A stretch of DNA of 64,000 nucleotides from a virus, in IMG/VR virus record IMGVR_UViG_3300030060_004544, positions 6,179 to 70,178 of that record, one strand, 5' to 3'. Position 1 is the first letter of the stretch, and the number at the start of each line of letters is the position of its first letter. The notes under the pieces are model-generated. The model saw only the letters and a list, made by a program, of their open reading frames with translations, made no database searches and had not been told where the DNA came from. Both the position numbers and the translations under genes were made by a program. Of this stretch, positions 29,501 through 41,000 are shown piece by piece.

Positions 29501-30622
29501 GATCAAGAAGATGATATTACAGTAGTTAGACACTCTGCTAAACAGTCTACAGCAAGTGCCGCCAACGCTATTGATTTAACAGATGCCACTGTATCTACTA
29601 TAGTTAGATTTAAATATACAGAACTATTAGCTATATCATCAATAGGTACTAATCTTACAAATGAAGCAAGTGCAATAACATCAATAGCAAACACTGGCGC
29701 TGGTTTTTATAAAATTTGGTTTTACGATAACAGTGGTACAAATATTACTACACAAAGACAATGTGTTGTTCAAGTAGACGCTAATCATGATATAGTAGCT
29801 ATAACTAACGAACAAGCTGGAGCATCGGGTAATATTGATCCTAGATTTATGTTAAAAGTAGGTCATCAGTTTGCATTTAACAACGATAGCTCTGATGATT
29901 TTGATATTTTAATAAGAGCAACACAAAGTAATAATGCTTCTTCACTTGCAAATCTTACAGTCAGCGTAACAAATAGTAATCCTATTGGAACTAACGCTAA
30001 TGGATTTATAGATAATAATAGTACTTATGGTAGTGGTGGAAAAGGTTATCAAGTAGGTACTATAACAGCTGTTAATGGATCTGCAAACTCAGCACTTAAT
30101 AAAACAGGTATGACAGCTGCGTTAAGTGGAACAAACTCTAGTATGTTTAATATTTCACCAGCTTTAACAGACGGTAGCTTTACAATAAGAACAAATAGCA
30201 CGTTTACTTTTAGTGGTTTCTTTGGTAATGATAATATATCAGGAAAAGCATTAACTGTAGTATTTACAGATAACGGCGGCTTAACATCAGAAACTGGTCC
30301 ATCTGCTACACAGTTTACAATATTCCCAAGAGTATCAGTACCTATAGACGGTCACTATTTAGCAGATCCAGGGGATGCTTGTAGTATAAAATATAGTTTT
30401 CCAGCCACAACTTATTACGTTAAATCATCTACTGGTGGTGCTAGTGGTGCGGATGCTAGTCAAAGTGGTGGTGTAAACGCTGGTAATGTAGTACATACAG
30501 ATAAATTATTAAATAATCCAGTAGCAGCAGGAACATTTACAGTGTCCGGTTTAAATCCTAGACATGCAACTTCAAGTAGTGGTGTCATAGCATCAAGTAC
30601 ATATAATTGTCCAATAGCATAA
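26504..30622 (+). CDS. Tail nozzle/stabilization protein, N-terminal part with accessory domains
   Basis: RMNKDLDERL..GEYREAQN, LYFTDNYNSPRVI, RFAYRYKYKDGTYS motifs; Gly/Thr-rich inserts. Confidence 0.7.
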   Translation: MPKIKNIFTKARMNKDLDERLVPGGEYREAQNISIATSEDSDVGAIENIRGNKKLTTQELKDKGNVEDMATIGSYVDVSNDRIFWFTTSFTSNSPNADIHTMQRALLEHTKGRMKVVMKEGNNTEEVLAEGLYLNFSKTHPITGVNTIGNYLYFTDNYNSPRVIDIDLARTNTSYYVDAQEEKISVAKVAPYLAPMLNKPNTIDAAASIEGGGTGYSVANDLATTGGTGTGLKVNVTTVNSGVITAITISEDDIGYGYSIDDVLTITGGGGNATIKLTAYPNVADGQTLITSNPNALVGVKSDYMQERFVRFAYRYKYKDGTYSIISPFTQPVFKPLNAGVLKFSPDTAVNATTNEPKVNISSQSVVETAIVPIMQNAYDKVIMRIPLPTISTGFLYSEHILTENLVTTTYENDKGLRIKDIEILLKESNGISVKLVDTINIDAAKNESTSPFSIYTVTPKPGEPRYRQAIEYTYKAKEPFKVLPEKQLIRVSDDVPVRAKAQEIVGNRVVYGNITSGYDIPNDEAGNKGISFFLSSDNKGNVEKGVLSGHFYYNTQSHRFHTVKQRRTYQAGIVLTDVFGRMSPVIPSTYKTDDLSDTHTVVAETDAYNANTDGSWENTFKTYGKALNIDFQDSRIVPTSHTHQPENNPNGWFAWKVVIKQTEQEYYNVYTQHPMNNWSVTAGKTVTTNPNNPPHADDMDQIIAGQFSQTSRSRSWFALHGDNINKVPRSVIDIDEFKDGVAGSEVQLYPKVVQIDTVNPNPGGTHSDSKMGVDGQEYIDVISIGDAKSQGLFSISNAKNGPFTDGRREPRGLPDRERVYDFLHDAEKNPTVAEIPNLDNEIVDVTGEFTTSTGTGGVIAAADDPQADRPFGYPQSKDKGLTVFETKPFQSNLDIYYETATCGTVTDLNSQCEVASSGPTNIKIINTVEREAYSAGLTANFPEGFDYTNNSKLQKQIGELIATVDDPTSQGYTISNFQLMSITNNDETDGVDLGKFEIDQEDDITVVRHSAKQSTASAANAIDLTDATVSTIVRFKYTELLAISSIGTNLTNEASAITSIANTGAGFYKIWFYDNSGTNITTQRQCVVQVDANHDIVAITNEQAGASGNIDPRFMLKVGHQFAFNNDSSDDFDILIRATQSNNASSLANLTVSVTNSNPIGTNANGFIDNNSTYGSGGKGYQVGTITAVNGSANSALNKTGMTAALSGTNSSMFNISPALTDGSFTIRTNSTFTFSGFFGNDNISGKALTVVFTDNGGLTSETGPSATQFTIFPRVSVPIDGHYLADPGDACSIKYSFPATTYYVKSSTGGASGADASQSGGVNAGNVVHTDKLLNNPVAAGTFTVSGLNPRHATSSSGVIASSTYNCPIA

Positions 30623-30631
30623 AATTAAAAT

Positions 30632-31981
30632 ATGGGAGCAGTAATAGAATTAGCATTTTCAAACGCCATAATAATACAAGGTGGTAGAAGCGGAACAACA
30701 GAAACACCCGGTGTTTATCACATTGAGGAAAACAGAATAAAAGGTGAATATAATGGTATTCAAATGGATATTGGTGCTAGAGCTCACATAACAGATGAAG
30801 AGTATAAAAGTAGAGTAAGAGAAAACGCAATGATATATAGTGGTATATTCAATGCTAGAACTACTGTTAATGAGTTAAATCAATTTCCATCAGGTCAAGT
30901 AATAACAAGAGCTGTTGATATTAATAATGGTAGTATACAAAAACTACACGCAGAAGATACTAACTTAAATATATTTCAAGAGAATAAAGTTAATAGAGCT
31001 TTAATAGATAAAGACGCTATATTTACAGCTGAAGGACAACCTATTACAGCGTCAGGCGCTAATGTTATAGGTCAAATAACACCTTATGCTGGTAAGTATG
31101 GTATTGGTACAGATCCTGAAAGTTTTGCTTACTTTGGTAATAGAAAATATTTTGCAGATAGAAAAAGAGGTGTTATATGTAGACTAGCAGGTGGAGCAGG
31201 TGGTGGACAAGGCATAACTCCTATATCAGACGCTGGTATGAAAGACTGGTTTAAAGATAACCTAAAAGTGTGTGATACTATATATGGAGCGTTTGATGAG
31301 CAAAAGAAACAATACGTTATAACATTAGAAGGAACAGATATTGATGGAGGTGTAATAGCTTCTAGCGCAACAGCAACAGCCGATGTAACAACATTTGGTA
31401 CGCTAGCGTTTGACGAAAGAGCTAGTGGTTGGGTTAGTTTTTACACATACAAAGCAACACATGGTGTAAGTTTAAAAAATGAGTTTTATACATATAGCTC
31501 AGCAAACTTATATAGACAACATGATGAAACAGTGGCAAGAGGTAATTTTTATGACGCATCATTTAACGATCCATCGTATGTTAAGCTTCTATTTAACATG
31601 GAACCATCGTCAGTCAAAACATTTTTAACCCTTGATTACGAGGGAACTACTGGTTGGGGTATGACTAATTTTTCAACAGGTGGTTACGCTGTTTACGGAG
31701 CATCAGGTAACTATGATGACGTTAACACAGCATATGAGATACCTAAAGAAGGTACAACAATAGGAACAGGTGAAACTGTAGGATTTATTAAAAAAGAAAA
31801 CTTCTACTACAGTGAATTAAGAAATAAAGCTGTTGATTTTTATCAAGACAACAGCCACTTTCAAACATCTGGTTTAAAAGGATATTTTTCAAACATAACA
31901 ATGCAGTATTGGGAACCTAGTGAAAGTTCCAATGATCCAAAAGCTGAATTATTCTCAGTTAATGGTGAAGTTACTGTTTAA
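30632..31981 (+). CDS. Tail nozzle/stabilization protein, C-terminal-type part
   Basis: GSIQKL, GKYGIGTDPESFA, YFADRKRG, GWVSFYTY, KTFLTLDYEG, FIKKENFYY propeller-type motifs. Confidence 0.68.
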   Translation: MGAVIELAFSNAIIIQGGRSGTTETPGVYHIEENRIKGEYNGIQMDIGARAHITDEEYKSRVRENAMIYSGIFNARTTVNELNQFPSGQVITRAVDINNGSIQKLHAEDTNLNIFQENKVNRALIDKDAIFTAEGQPITASGANVIGQITPYAGKYGIGTDPESFAYFGNRKYFADRKRGVICRLAGGAGGGQGITPISDAGMKDWFKDNLKVCDTIYGAFDEQKKQYVITLEGTDIDGGVIASSATATADVTTFGTLAFDERASGWVSFYTYKATHGVSLKNEFYTYSSANLYRQHDETVARGNFYDASFNDPSYVKLLFNMEPSSVKTFLTLDYEGTTGWGMTNFSTGGYAVYGASGNYDDVNTAYEIPKEGTTIGTGETVGFIKKENFYYSELRNKAVDFYQDNSHFQTSGLKGYFSNITMQYWEPSESSNDPKAELFSVNGEVTV

Positions 31982-31996
31982 TAAAATTATAGTAAT

Positions 31997-33031
31997 ATGA
32001 GCATGGCTTTAATAGGAGCTGCTACTAACATAGTAGGTGGCTTGATACAAGGTTTCGGCGCTAAAAAAAGAGCTAGAGCAGCAAAAAAAAGATATAAGCA
32101 GGCTGAGCGAGCTTTCAATAATTTAAAAGCGCAGAGGCAAGGTTTAAATGATCTTGGCCAGTTGGCTAAAGATAGATCTGGCGATATAACAAATCCCTTT
32201 GCAAACATTGGCGTTGCCACACAGGCAGCTGAGTTTCAAGCAGAAGAAGCTGATGTTGCTTTAGCAAACACGTTAGATACTCTTAGAGCTACAGGCGCTG
32301 GTGCAGGTGGAGCTACGGCTTTAGCACAAGCAGCGTTAAGAAGTAAAAGAGATATTGGTGCTAGCATTGAAAAACAAGAAATACAAAGTCAAATGCTTAG
32401 AGCTCAAGGTCAACAAAAGGCTGAAGTAACAAGAGCACAAATAGGAGCGCAAGCCGATGCATTAAGAATGAGAGGTACTTCGTTTACACAACAAATGAGA
32501 GAGGCTAGACAATTTAGAGACGAAGATAGATCCGCAGCATTGTTAGATCAAGCTAGGATGAAAATGGAAGGTGCTCAACAAGCTTCACGTGCTGGTTTCG
32601 CTAGCGCATTAGGTAGCTTAGGTGGTATCGCGTTAGGTGGTATCGCTGGTGGTAAAGGATCATTAGCCAAAGCATTTGGTTTAGGTGGTGGTTCTGCAGG
32701 TGGTGGCGGTGGCAACGCTTTCTCAACTATTATGAGTGGTTTTAGCGGAGCATCAGGAACATCAACTTCAGCAAGTGGTCAATTTGGTTTTGATTACGAA
32801 CCTTTTGGAGGTCAATACGGATCTAGTGATAGACGACTTAAAAAAGATATTAAGTTTTTAAGACTTTCACCTAGCGGTTTAAAAATATATTCATTTAAAT
32901 ACATAAACGGAAACAAAAATTATCAAGGTGTAATGTCTGATGAAATACCACAATCAGCTGTTAAAAAAGATATAGATGGTTTCGATTTAGTAGATTACTC
33001 ACAACTAGACGTAGAGTTTAAACAAATATAA
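31997..33031 (+). CDS. Putative ejection (internal virion) protein with C-terminal peptidase S74-type domain
   Basis: A/G/Q-rich helical body with hydrophobic Gly-rich segments; SDRRLKKDI...IYSFKY...GVMSDE...VDYSQL. Confidence 0.72.
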   Translation: MSMALIGAATNIVGGLIQGFGAKKRARAAKKRYKQAERAFNNLKAQRQGLNDLGQLAKDRSGDITNPFANIGVATQAAEFQAEEADVALANTLDTLRATGAGAGGATALAQAALRSKRDIGASIEKQEIQSQMLRAQGQQKAEVTRAQIGAQADALRMRGTSFTQQMREARQFRDEDRSAALLDQARMKMEGAQQASRAGFASALGSLGGIALGGIAGGKGSLAKAFGLGGGSAGGGGGNAFSTIMSGFSGASGTSTSASGQFGFDYEPFGGQYGSSDRRLKKDIKFLRLSPSGLKIYSFKYINGNKNYQGVMSDEIPQSAVKKDIDGFDLVDYSQLDVEFKQI

Positions 33032-33033
33032 TT

Positions 33034-35094
33034 ATGAGTTATAGAAATCCAAGATTTTTTAAAGAAGATTACACGTTAATAAACAGAAGCTTTCAACAAG
33101 CTTTTACAGCTGCGTATAAAGGTGCACAAGACTTTTACGATAAAATAGAAGCAGAACAAAAAGAATATGAATCAGATGTTCAGGTAAGATCTGACTTAAT
33201 GAAACAAGATGTTGCTAATTTAAAAGACTTAGCAGCTGGCACACAAGCTGAAATATTAAAAACAGTAAATGAATTTTATGATGAAGCTACAAGAGTTGAT
33301 CTTGGTGGAGCTAAAAGACTTGGTTTATTTGCTAAAAACCTTGATCAAGAAAGAAGATCTAAAACAGATTTAGATTTAGCTGCGCAAAACTTTACAGCTG
33401 CAGCACAACCTTTAAATTCTTTATTTGGCATGTTAAATGACTTAGATGAAAAAGGTGGTTTAAACAAAAGTTCTGATACTTATTTAGAATTTGCAGCGGT
33501 TGTTCAAGCGGCAAGAAATGGGTTTAAAAAGTTTGATGCAACTGGACAAAAACAATTTTCATTTAACAAAACAGGCACTAATGAGTTTGATATGAACATT
33601 AGGATAGAAAATCCAAAGTGGCGTGAAGGTATGGACGAGTCTAAAAAATATATTAATGTTGATTCAAGATTACTAGCAACATACATAGGTAATAATAATC
33701 CAGAGCTTAAAGCTAGATATGATGAAGCTTATAGCGGTAAAGATGGTGTATTAGAAGGTTTAAAAGGTGAGTACACAACTAGAATGAACGAAATATATGC
33801 TAATAATAGTGTTCCTAGAAACTCTAAAGGTTTTGCTATAACGCCTGAAGATTTTTTAAAAGATGATGTAAAAGAATATGTAAATATTGTAAAAGGAGCT
33901 AGTGGCGATGAAACAATGATTACTGATATATTTAACAACAGTGTTGATTTTGGTACATCTAAAAGATTTGGCATGCTTACTAGTTTTGCAGCTGGAAAAC
34001 CTTTATTAGAAAATTTAGTAAAATTTGTAGATGAAGAAACTGATGATGTTAAGAAAAAAGAAATTGTAGCTGATTTGTTAGAAACTAAGCATAATGATAC
34101 TAGTTTAAACAGATCTTTGTTGTTAGAATTAGGCGTAAAAGAAGAAGATATTGCAGCAACTATTAAAGGTTTAAATAATCTTAAAAACGATATGGTTGCT
34201 GAACACTTATATGACGAAATATATAAAGATGGTTTAACTAGTAAATACAGAAGAGAAACCGCGCCTGAAGATGATGATGATGATGATGTAAAAGAAGGTA
34301 CTACTAAATTAAGTAGCGGTAAAGCGGTTGATGCTGGTGTTTATGACGAATTAAAATCTATATTTACAGAAGGTATAAAACCACATGATAGATTAAATAA
34401 AAATATACCTATTGATCAACTTCAAGAGGTAACAAAAGATGATATAGAAGCTATTAAAAAATTAGATCCTACTCTTTTTGCTCAAGCTGATAGTGGTAGA
34501 GAAAAAAGATGGTCACTTACAAAAGTTGCAACACTTGGAATATTAGGTGATCAAACATCTGAAGACTATATAAACAACGTTATACAAAAAGCTAAAAATA
34601 AAGAAACTTTAAACGAAGAAGAACAAATAGTTCTTGATCAGTATAGAAAATATAAACAAAAAGATACTTTTATAGAGTATCCTGATTTATCTCAATACTT
34701 AACTCATGTGAAAACAATACAGTTTGATCCTGTAAATAAAATATTTAATATTGAGTATGGTAAAGATGTTGATGATGATTCATTACCAAAAGAGATACCA
34801 ATGTTACAAAGAGATAAAGAAGGTAATTATATTCAAGGTAAAGGTTCTAGATATGGATTTAATACACTAGCCGCGGTTTTATTAAAAGGTTTAACAACGC
34901 CTAGTAAATTATCTACAGTAAAAGAAATATTAAGAAGTTTTATGGATGGTAACGAACCTGGTGTTGATGCTTTTGACTTTGATTTTGGTGTTAAATCAAA
35001 AGAAGATAAATTAATAAAAGATCAAGATGATTTCTTTGAAAATTTAGATAATCAGACAGACCCAATAGACGAGCTTATAAATTCAATTGATTAA
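33034..35094 (+). CDS. Putative internal virion/ejection protein
   Basis: 686-aa charged helical ORF between the pilot-like gene and the giant gene. Confidence 0.55.
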   Translation: MSYRNPRFFKEDYTLINRSFQQAFTAAYKGAQDFYDKIEAEQKEYESDVQVRSDLMKQDVANLKDLAAGTQAEILKTVNEFYDEATRVDLGGAKRLGLFAKNLDQERRSKTDLDLAAQNFTAAAQPLNSLFGMLNDLDEKGGLNKSSDTYLEFAAVVQAARNGFKKFDATGQKQFSFNKTGTNEFDMNIRIENPKWREGMDESKKYINVDSRLLATYIGNNNPELKARYDEAYSGKDGVLEGLKGEYTTRMNEIYANNSVPRNSKGFAITPEDFLKDDVKEYVNIVKGASGDETMITDIFNNSVDFGTSKRFGMLTSFAAGKPLLENLVKFVDEETDDVKKKEIVADLLETKHNDTSLNRSLLLELGVKEEDIAATIKGLNNLKNDMVAEHLYDEIYKDGLTSKYRRETAPEDDDDDDVKEGTTKLSSGKAVDAGVYDELKSIFTEGIKPHDRLNKNIPIDQLQEVTKDDIEAIKKLDPTLFAQADSGREKRWSLTKVATLGILGDQTSEDYINNVIQKAKNKETLNEEEQIVLDQYRKYKQKDTFIEYPDLSQYLTHVKTIQFDPVNKIFNIEYGKDVDDDSLPKEIPMLQRDKEGNYIQGKGSRYGFNTLAAVLLKGLTTPSKLSTVKEILRSFMDGNEPGVDAFDFDFGVKSKEDKLIKDQDDFFENLDNQTDPIDELINSID

Positions 35095-35096
35095 TT

Positions 35097-38000
35097 ATGT
35101 GGGAATTTAACGGTAAGAAGTTCACAAACGAGCAATTACAGTTAGCCGCAGACAAAGCAAACTTATCATTTGATGAGTTTGTAAGTAAATTGCGAGAAAA
35201 AGGTTTAACCGAAGTAAAGGTTGATAGAATAGGTGTAGATACACAAGAAGAAACTGGTTTCTTTGAAGAAATATTTACTAGTGGTAAAAGGTTTGTATCA
35301 GGTGGTGCAGGTGCTTTAGCAAGAATATCTCAAATACCAGCTCAAATAAACAGAGCTAAGTTTGTTGCTCGTATGGAACGTTTGCCTGATGATAATAAAT
35401 TAAAAGAATTTTACAATAACCTAGAACCTGAAAAACAAGATGAGTTTTTACAAAAATACGAAGGTATCATGGCTGGACGTATGCCTGGTAATATTCCAAT
35501 TGCGAAACTTGGCGAAAGTGGTTTAGAAGCTTCTGAAAAATTAAAAGATTATCAACAAGAAATAAATTCAAAACTACCACAATACAATAGAGCTTTATCA
35601 GAAGCTTATATAGCGGCTGCTAAAGGTGATATATCTGCTGTACCTGAGGTAATTGCAAGAACAATAACTAGTTCTGCAGAAGGTTTACCGTCATTGATAC
35701 AAGCAATGATTCCCTACATTGGTATACCTTCAGTAATACTAGGTAGCTCAGCAGAGGCTTCAACAGAGGCTATAGAAGAAGGTAAAAAAGTTGATCTTGA
35801 TAATTTAGCTTATTCAAGTTTTGTTGGTGTTGCAGAAGGTGCTTTAGAAACAGTAACTAGAGGTATTGGTAAAAGTATATTTGCAAACTTAAAAGGACAA
35901 GGTGCTGCTGTTGTAGAAAGAAGATTAAGAGATATATTTTTAAGAATAGGTAAAGACTATGGTAAAGAAGGTTTATCTGAAGGTACGTCAGCTGCATTAA
36001 GTAAAGCAGCTAAAGCTGTTTATATAGGTGACGCTGAAGGTTTTGATGAAATATTTAATTCAGTATTTGATGATTATGAAGTGCTAGATAACATACTTAT
36101 TGGTGGTGCTTTAGGTGGTAAAACAAGAGGTGGTGCTGAGTTGTTTATAGCTAAAAACAATAGAAGCATTAATAAAACATTAGACAATACAAATGTAAAT
36201 GATGTTAACTCTGCTTTTCAAAATGACAATGTAAATCAAGATGTAATAGATATAACTAGAAATAAAAATGCTAGTGCTAGATTAGATGCTGAGCTACAAC
36301 AAAAATTAGATAACGGAGAAATAACAGTAGAACAAAGAGATAAGGTAAAAAAGAATTTTAGTGATACACAATCAGCTGTAACACTAGCTGATAACCTAAA
36401 CATCGGTAAAGACTTAATACAAGAAACTGTAACGTTATTAAAAGAAAGAAATACTTTAGCTAGTAAAATAGAATTAGCTGGTGCTAATAAAGCTATAGTC
36501 GATGCTGAAATAAATAGATTAAAAGAAGTTGATGCTAGACTAGCAAAAATAAGTTCTGATAATCAATTAAATCTTACAACAGAAAAAGTTACTGACATAG
36601 TTAGTGGACTTGATAAAATAAATATAGAAATAGCAGAAAATCAAGATGCTGCCGATAAAATTGCTAAAGACAAAAACCTAGAAAAGAAAGCATCGTCACA
36701 ACAAGGATTTATACTTCAAGACCTTGAATCAGGTGAACAAACAATCGTTATAAATAAAGAGATCGCTGCAGAAGATGCAGCAGTAAATGTAGCTGCCCAT
36801 GAGTTATTACACGGTGTTTTATTTAATACTATTGGTAAAAACCCAGAAGCAGCTGAAGTTTTATCAGAAGCACTTAAAGTTGAAATAAATAAAATAGATA
36901 CTGATATATTAAAAGACAGTGATTTTAAAACTAGATTAGATGCTTATAAAAACGATCCAACAGCGATACAAGCCGAAGAAACTTTAACATTGTTTGCTGA
37001 TGCTGTAGCTAACGGTGAGATAAAATATAACGAAACTGTATTTACTAAAATAGGTGATATAGTTAGAAGAATACTACAACAAGCGGGTTTATCTGACATA
37101 AAGTTTAACACTTCAAGAGATGTATTTAATTTTATAAAAGATTATAATAAAAGTATTGTAAAAGGTCAGTTAACACAGGCACAAACAAAACTTACACAAG
37201 AAGCTGCTACAGGTGATTTAATATCTGACACACAAACAGATCAAGAAACTCAAATAAGAGAGTCAAAAGGCGCGTTAGATGTTATCAATAATATAATACC
37301 TAGTAATATAAAAACTAAAGAGCAGTTTCAAAACGACCCTAAAGTATTTGGTGATGCTTTTGCTGCTACAGAGCCAAACGGTGTTATAAGTAACTATGTT
37401 AAGTCTAGATCAACTAGTGTTGAGCAAGCAAATGCTACTATAAGAAATATACAAAGTAGATTAATGAACTTTGATCCAGCGTTTAACAAAACGTTTGGTG
37501 AGTTTGTTTTTGCTAATACTAATTTTGCTAAGCTAGATGCTAATAAAGAACTAGCTATAGAGTCAGCTAGAAAAGCTAGAGAAACTAGAATAGATCAGTC
37601 TACTAAACAAATAGCTGATACAGAAACAGAAACGCCAACAACACAAACAAGAGTATCACGTAAACTTAATGTATTAAAGCTAGATAAAGTAAATGAAGCT
37701 GATCTAGTTAAAGCTGTAAAAGTAAAAGAAGGTGATACATTTAAAGAAGTTATAAATAATAATACTGGTGAAATAGGTAGTAAAATATTTAACATACCAG
37801 CTAACAAAATAACAGACGGCACAAAGAACTTAACATACGCTAAGAAAATAACAGATGGTATACCTGAAAACTCTGAAGCTGGTAACATACAAGAGTTTTT
37901 TAGAGTTGGTCAGAATGCTGATAAATTTATAAAACTATTACCTGAAGAAAATGTTAGTGAAACAGATGCTGATATTAACCAGTTAGGTGAAAACATAGAT

Positions 38001-41000
38001 GTTGATAGAAATGTAAGTGGTTTATCTATAGGTATGAAAGGTAAAGTACTTAATTATTTTTATAATAAAACAAACAGAAGATCAAAAGGTTTAACATCAC
38101 AACCAACTATATGGGAACTAAAACCTGAGTTTAGAAACCCAACTGTAGAAACAATAAACAAATTAAAAGATGATTTAGGTATTACACCACCAGGCGAACT
38201 AAATAACTACAATAGAGATATTGGTCAGTTATTAAAAGGTGTAGCTAAAACATACGCGCAACAAGCTAGTTTATCATCAGCACAAAGAGTTTTAGAAGGT
38301 CAAACTAAAACAGCTAAAGATCCTGTAGCAGTTAAAAAGCAAACAGCTAATATAACAGCTGCACAAAAAACTAGAGTTGTATACAGTAAAAGAAATGGTA
38401 AACATGACAACTATATTACAAAATCTTGGAAAGATATTTCAACAGATAATAAACAAGATTGGTATGTAGTTAAGAAAGATCCGGAACGATATGCTAACGA
38501 CATAGTTAAAATAGCTAAGATATTTGAGAAAAAATTTGGATATGGTTTTTTAAGTAAAGCCATGTTAACAAATAAAGATGGTTTAGGTATAGGTGCAAGA
38601 AAGAAAAAAGATGCTGATGGAAATATTACTAACGAGGCGATTATAAAAGAAAATCAAAAAATATTTGATCAAATAAGCGCTATAATTACAAGAGAATTAC
38701 CAAACATAAGTAAGCAGTCTGAAGGCAAAAAACACGTTAAACAAAAGATAACAGCACAGTTTGCAAAAGATGCTACTAAAAAAGAAATGGAAGCAGCAAA
38801 TAAACAAAATATGAGGCTGTTTAAAGATATGTGGTCAACTATATATGATATGGTTCAAAGCGATAAATCATTAACACCTGCATTATTACATTTTCTTAAA
38901 AACGCTGTTAGCGAAGGTAGTCATATACAAAGGCTTGGCGCTGAGTATATTGGTGGTTACGTTGATAAATCTCAAATATCACATTTAGAACACGCATTAC
39001 AAAATGCTAACACAGCTAAAATGTTAATGGATGCCGCATTAAATCAATCAAAAAAAGACTTTAATAAAACATTTGAAGCTACCGTTAAAAATTATAAGAT
39101 TATAGGATTACCAAAGGCGCTTAATAACATATTAGATAAAACAGATTTTAAAAATAAAATGTCACTTGATCAAAGCTGGGATGTTTTTAATAATAACTGG
39201 TGGGAAAGATATTTTAATGAAGTAGTAGCTGCTGTAGATGGCGGTATAAATCCTGATTTAATTATAAAAAACGATGGCACAAGATTATCAGACGAAATTA
39301 ATGTTGACACGTATGGTAGATCAACAACACCTAACGTTTCAAAAGCTAAATTAAAAGCTAAAGTTGATTATCCTAAAGTTTTAAAATTCAGTAAATCAAC
39401 ACCTAATAAAGATAAAATAAGAAACGATTTAAATGATTTTGATCAAGCAAACCGTAACGCTAAAGATATTAACGCACCTAAAAAAGGTATAAGTATTTTT
39501 GATTTTGATGATACATTAGCCACAAGTAAAAGTAAAGTGCTCGTAACTATAGATGGTAAAACTACAAAAATAACACCAGCAGAATTTGCTAAACAACATA
39601 GTAAACTAGAAGAACAGGGTGCTACGTTTGATTTTAGTGAATTTAATAAGGTTGTTGGTGGTAAACCCGGACCATTAGCCGCTAAGCTTAAAAAAGCAAT
39701 AGATAAGTTTGGTAATAAAGACGTGTTTGTTTTAACAGCTAGACCACAAGCGTCAGCTAAAGCTATATATGAGTTTTTAAAAGGTATAGGTTTAGAAGTG
39801 CCTATAAAAAATATTACAGGTTTAGAAAACGGTACGCCTAAAGCTAAAGCTAAGTGGGTTGTTAGTAAAGCAGCAAAAGGTTACAATGATTTTTATTTTA
39901 CTGATGATGTATACAAAAACGTTAAAGCCGTTCAAGATGCTTTAGAAATATACGATGTTAAGTCTAAAACAAGAGTTGCATATGCTAATAGGCTTACTAA
40001 GCTTGATAGAGATTTTAACGACATACTTGAAGCTAAAACAGGTATAGGAGCAGAAAAAGTGTATAGCAAAGCAAAAGCAAAAGCAGTTGGATCAAGCAAA
40101 GGTAGATTTACATTTTTTATACCGCCATCAGCTGAAGATTTTGTAGGATTACTTTACAATACATTAGCTAAAGGTAAACTTGGTGATAATCAAATGGCTT
40201 GGTATAAAAAGAATTTATTAGATCCGTATGCTACAGCTATGGGTAATATATCAAGAGAGCGTACATCCTTGATGAACGATTACAAAGCTTTGAAAAATCA
40301 ACTAGAAGTAGTACCTAAAAACTTACAAAAGAAAATACCAGGTGAACCTTACACAAACGAACAAGCTGTAAGAGTTTATATATGGAATAAGCAAGGTATG
40401 ACAATACCTGGATTAAGTAAAGCTGATTTAAAACTATTAACAGATCATGTTGAAAGTAAACCTATTTACAAAGCTTTTGGTGATCAGTTAATAGCTATAA
40501 ATAAAGACGATGGTTATTCTGCTCCAAAAAGCAGTTGGTTAGCAGGTACTGTCACTACTGATTTAATGGATAACTTAGGTACTACAAAAAGAGCTAAACA
40601 TTTAGCAGAGTGGCAAAGAAATGTAAACACTATATTTTCTGAAAAGAATTTAAATAAAATGGAAGCCGCGTTTGGCTTAGCGCATAGACAAGCTTTGGAA
40701 GGTATACTTGAACGTATGAGAACTGGTAGAAACAGAAGTTTTCAAGGTGATTCATTAACTGGTCAAGTAACAGACTGGTTAACTAATAGTATTGGTACTA
40801 TTATGTTCTTTAACACAAGGTCTGCATTGCTACAAACAATATCTTCTGTTAACTTTATTAATTTTAAAGACAACAATATATTTGCAGCTGGTAAAGCATT
40901 TGCTAATCAAAAACAATATTGGAAAGACTTTATGTCATTAATGAACTCTGAGTTTTTAGTTGATAGACGTAGAGGTTTACAGATAAATGTTAACGAAGCA

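Noticed and set aside
39490-39960. HAD domain as the missing kdsC
   Set aside because: Embedded in a giant virion-type protein in the other arm and lacks KdsC-like DVDGVLTDG/GD motifs
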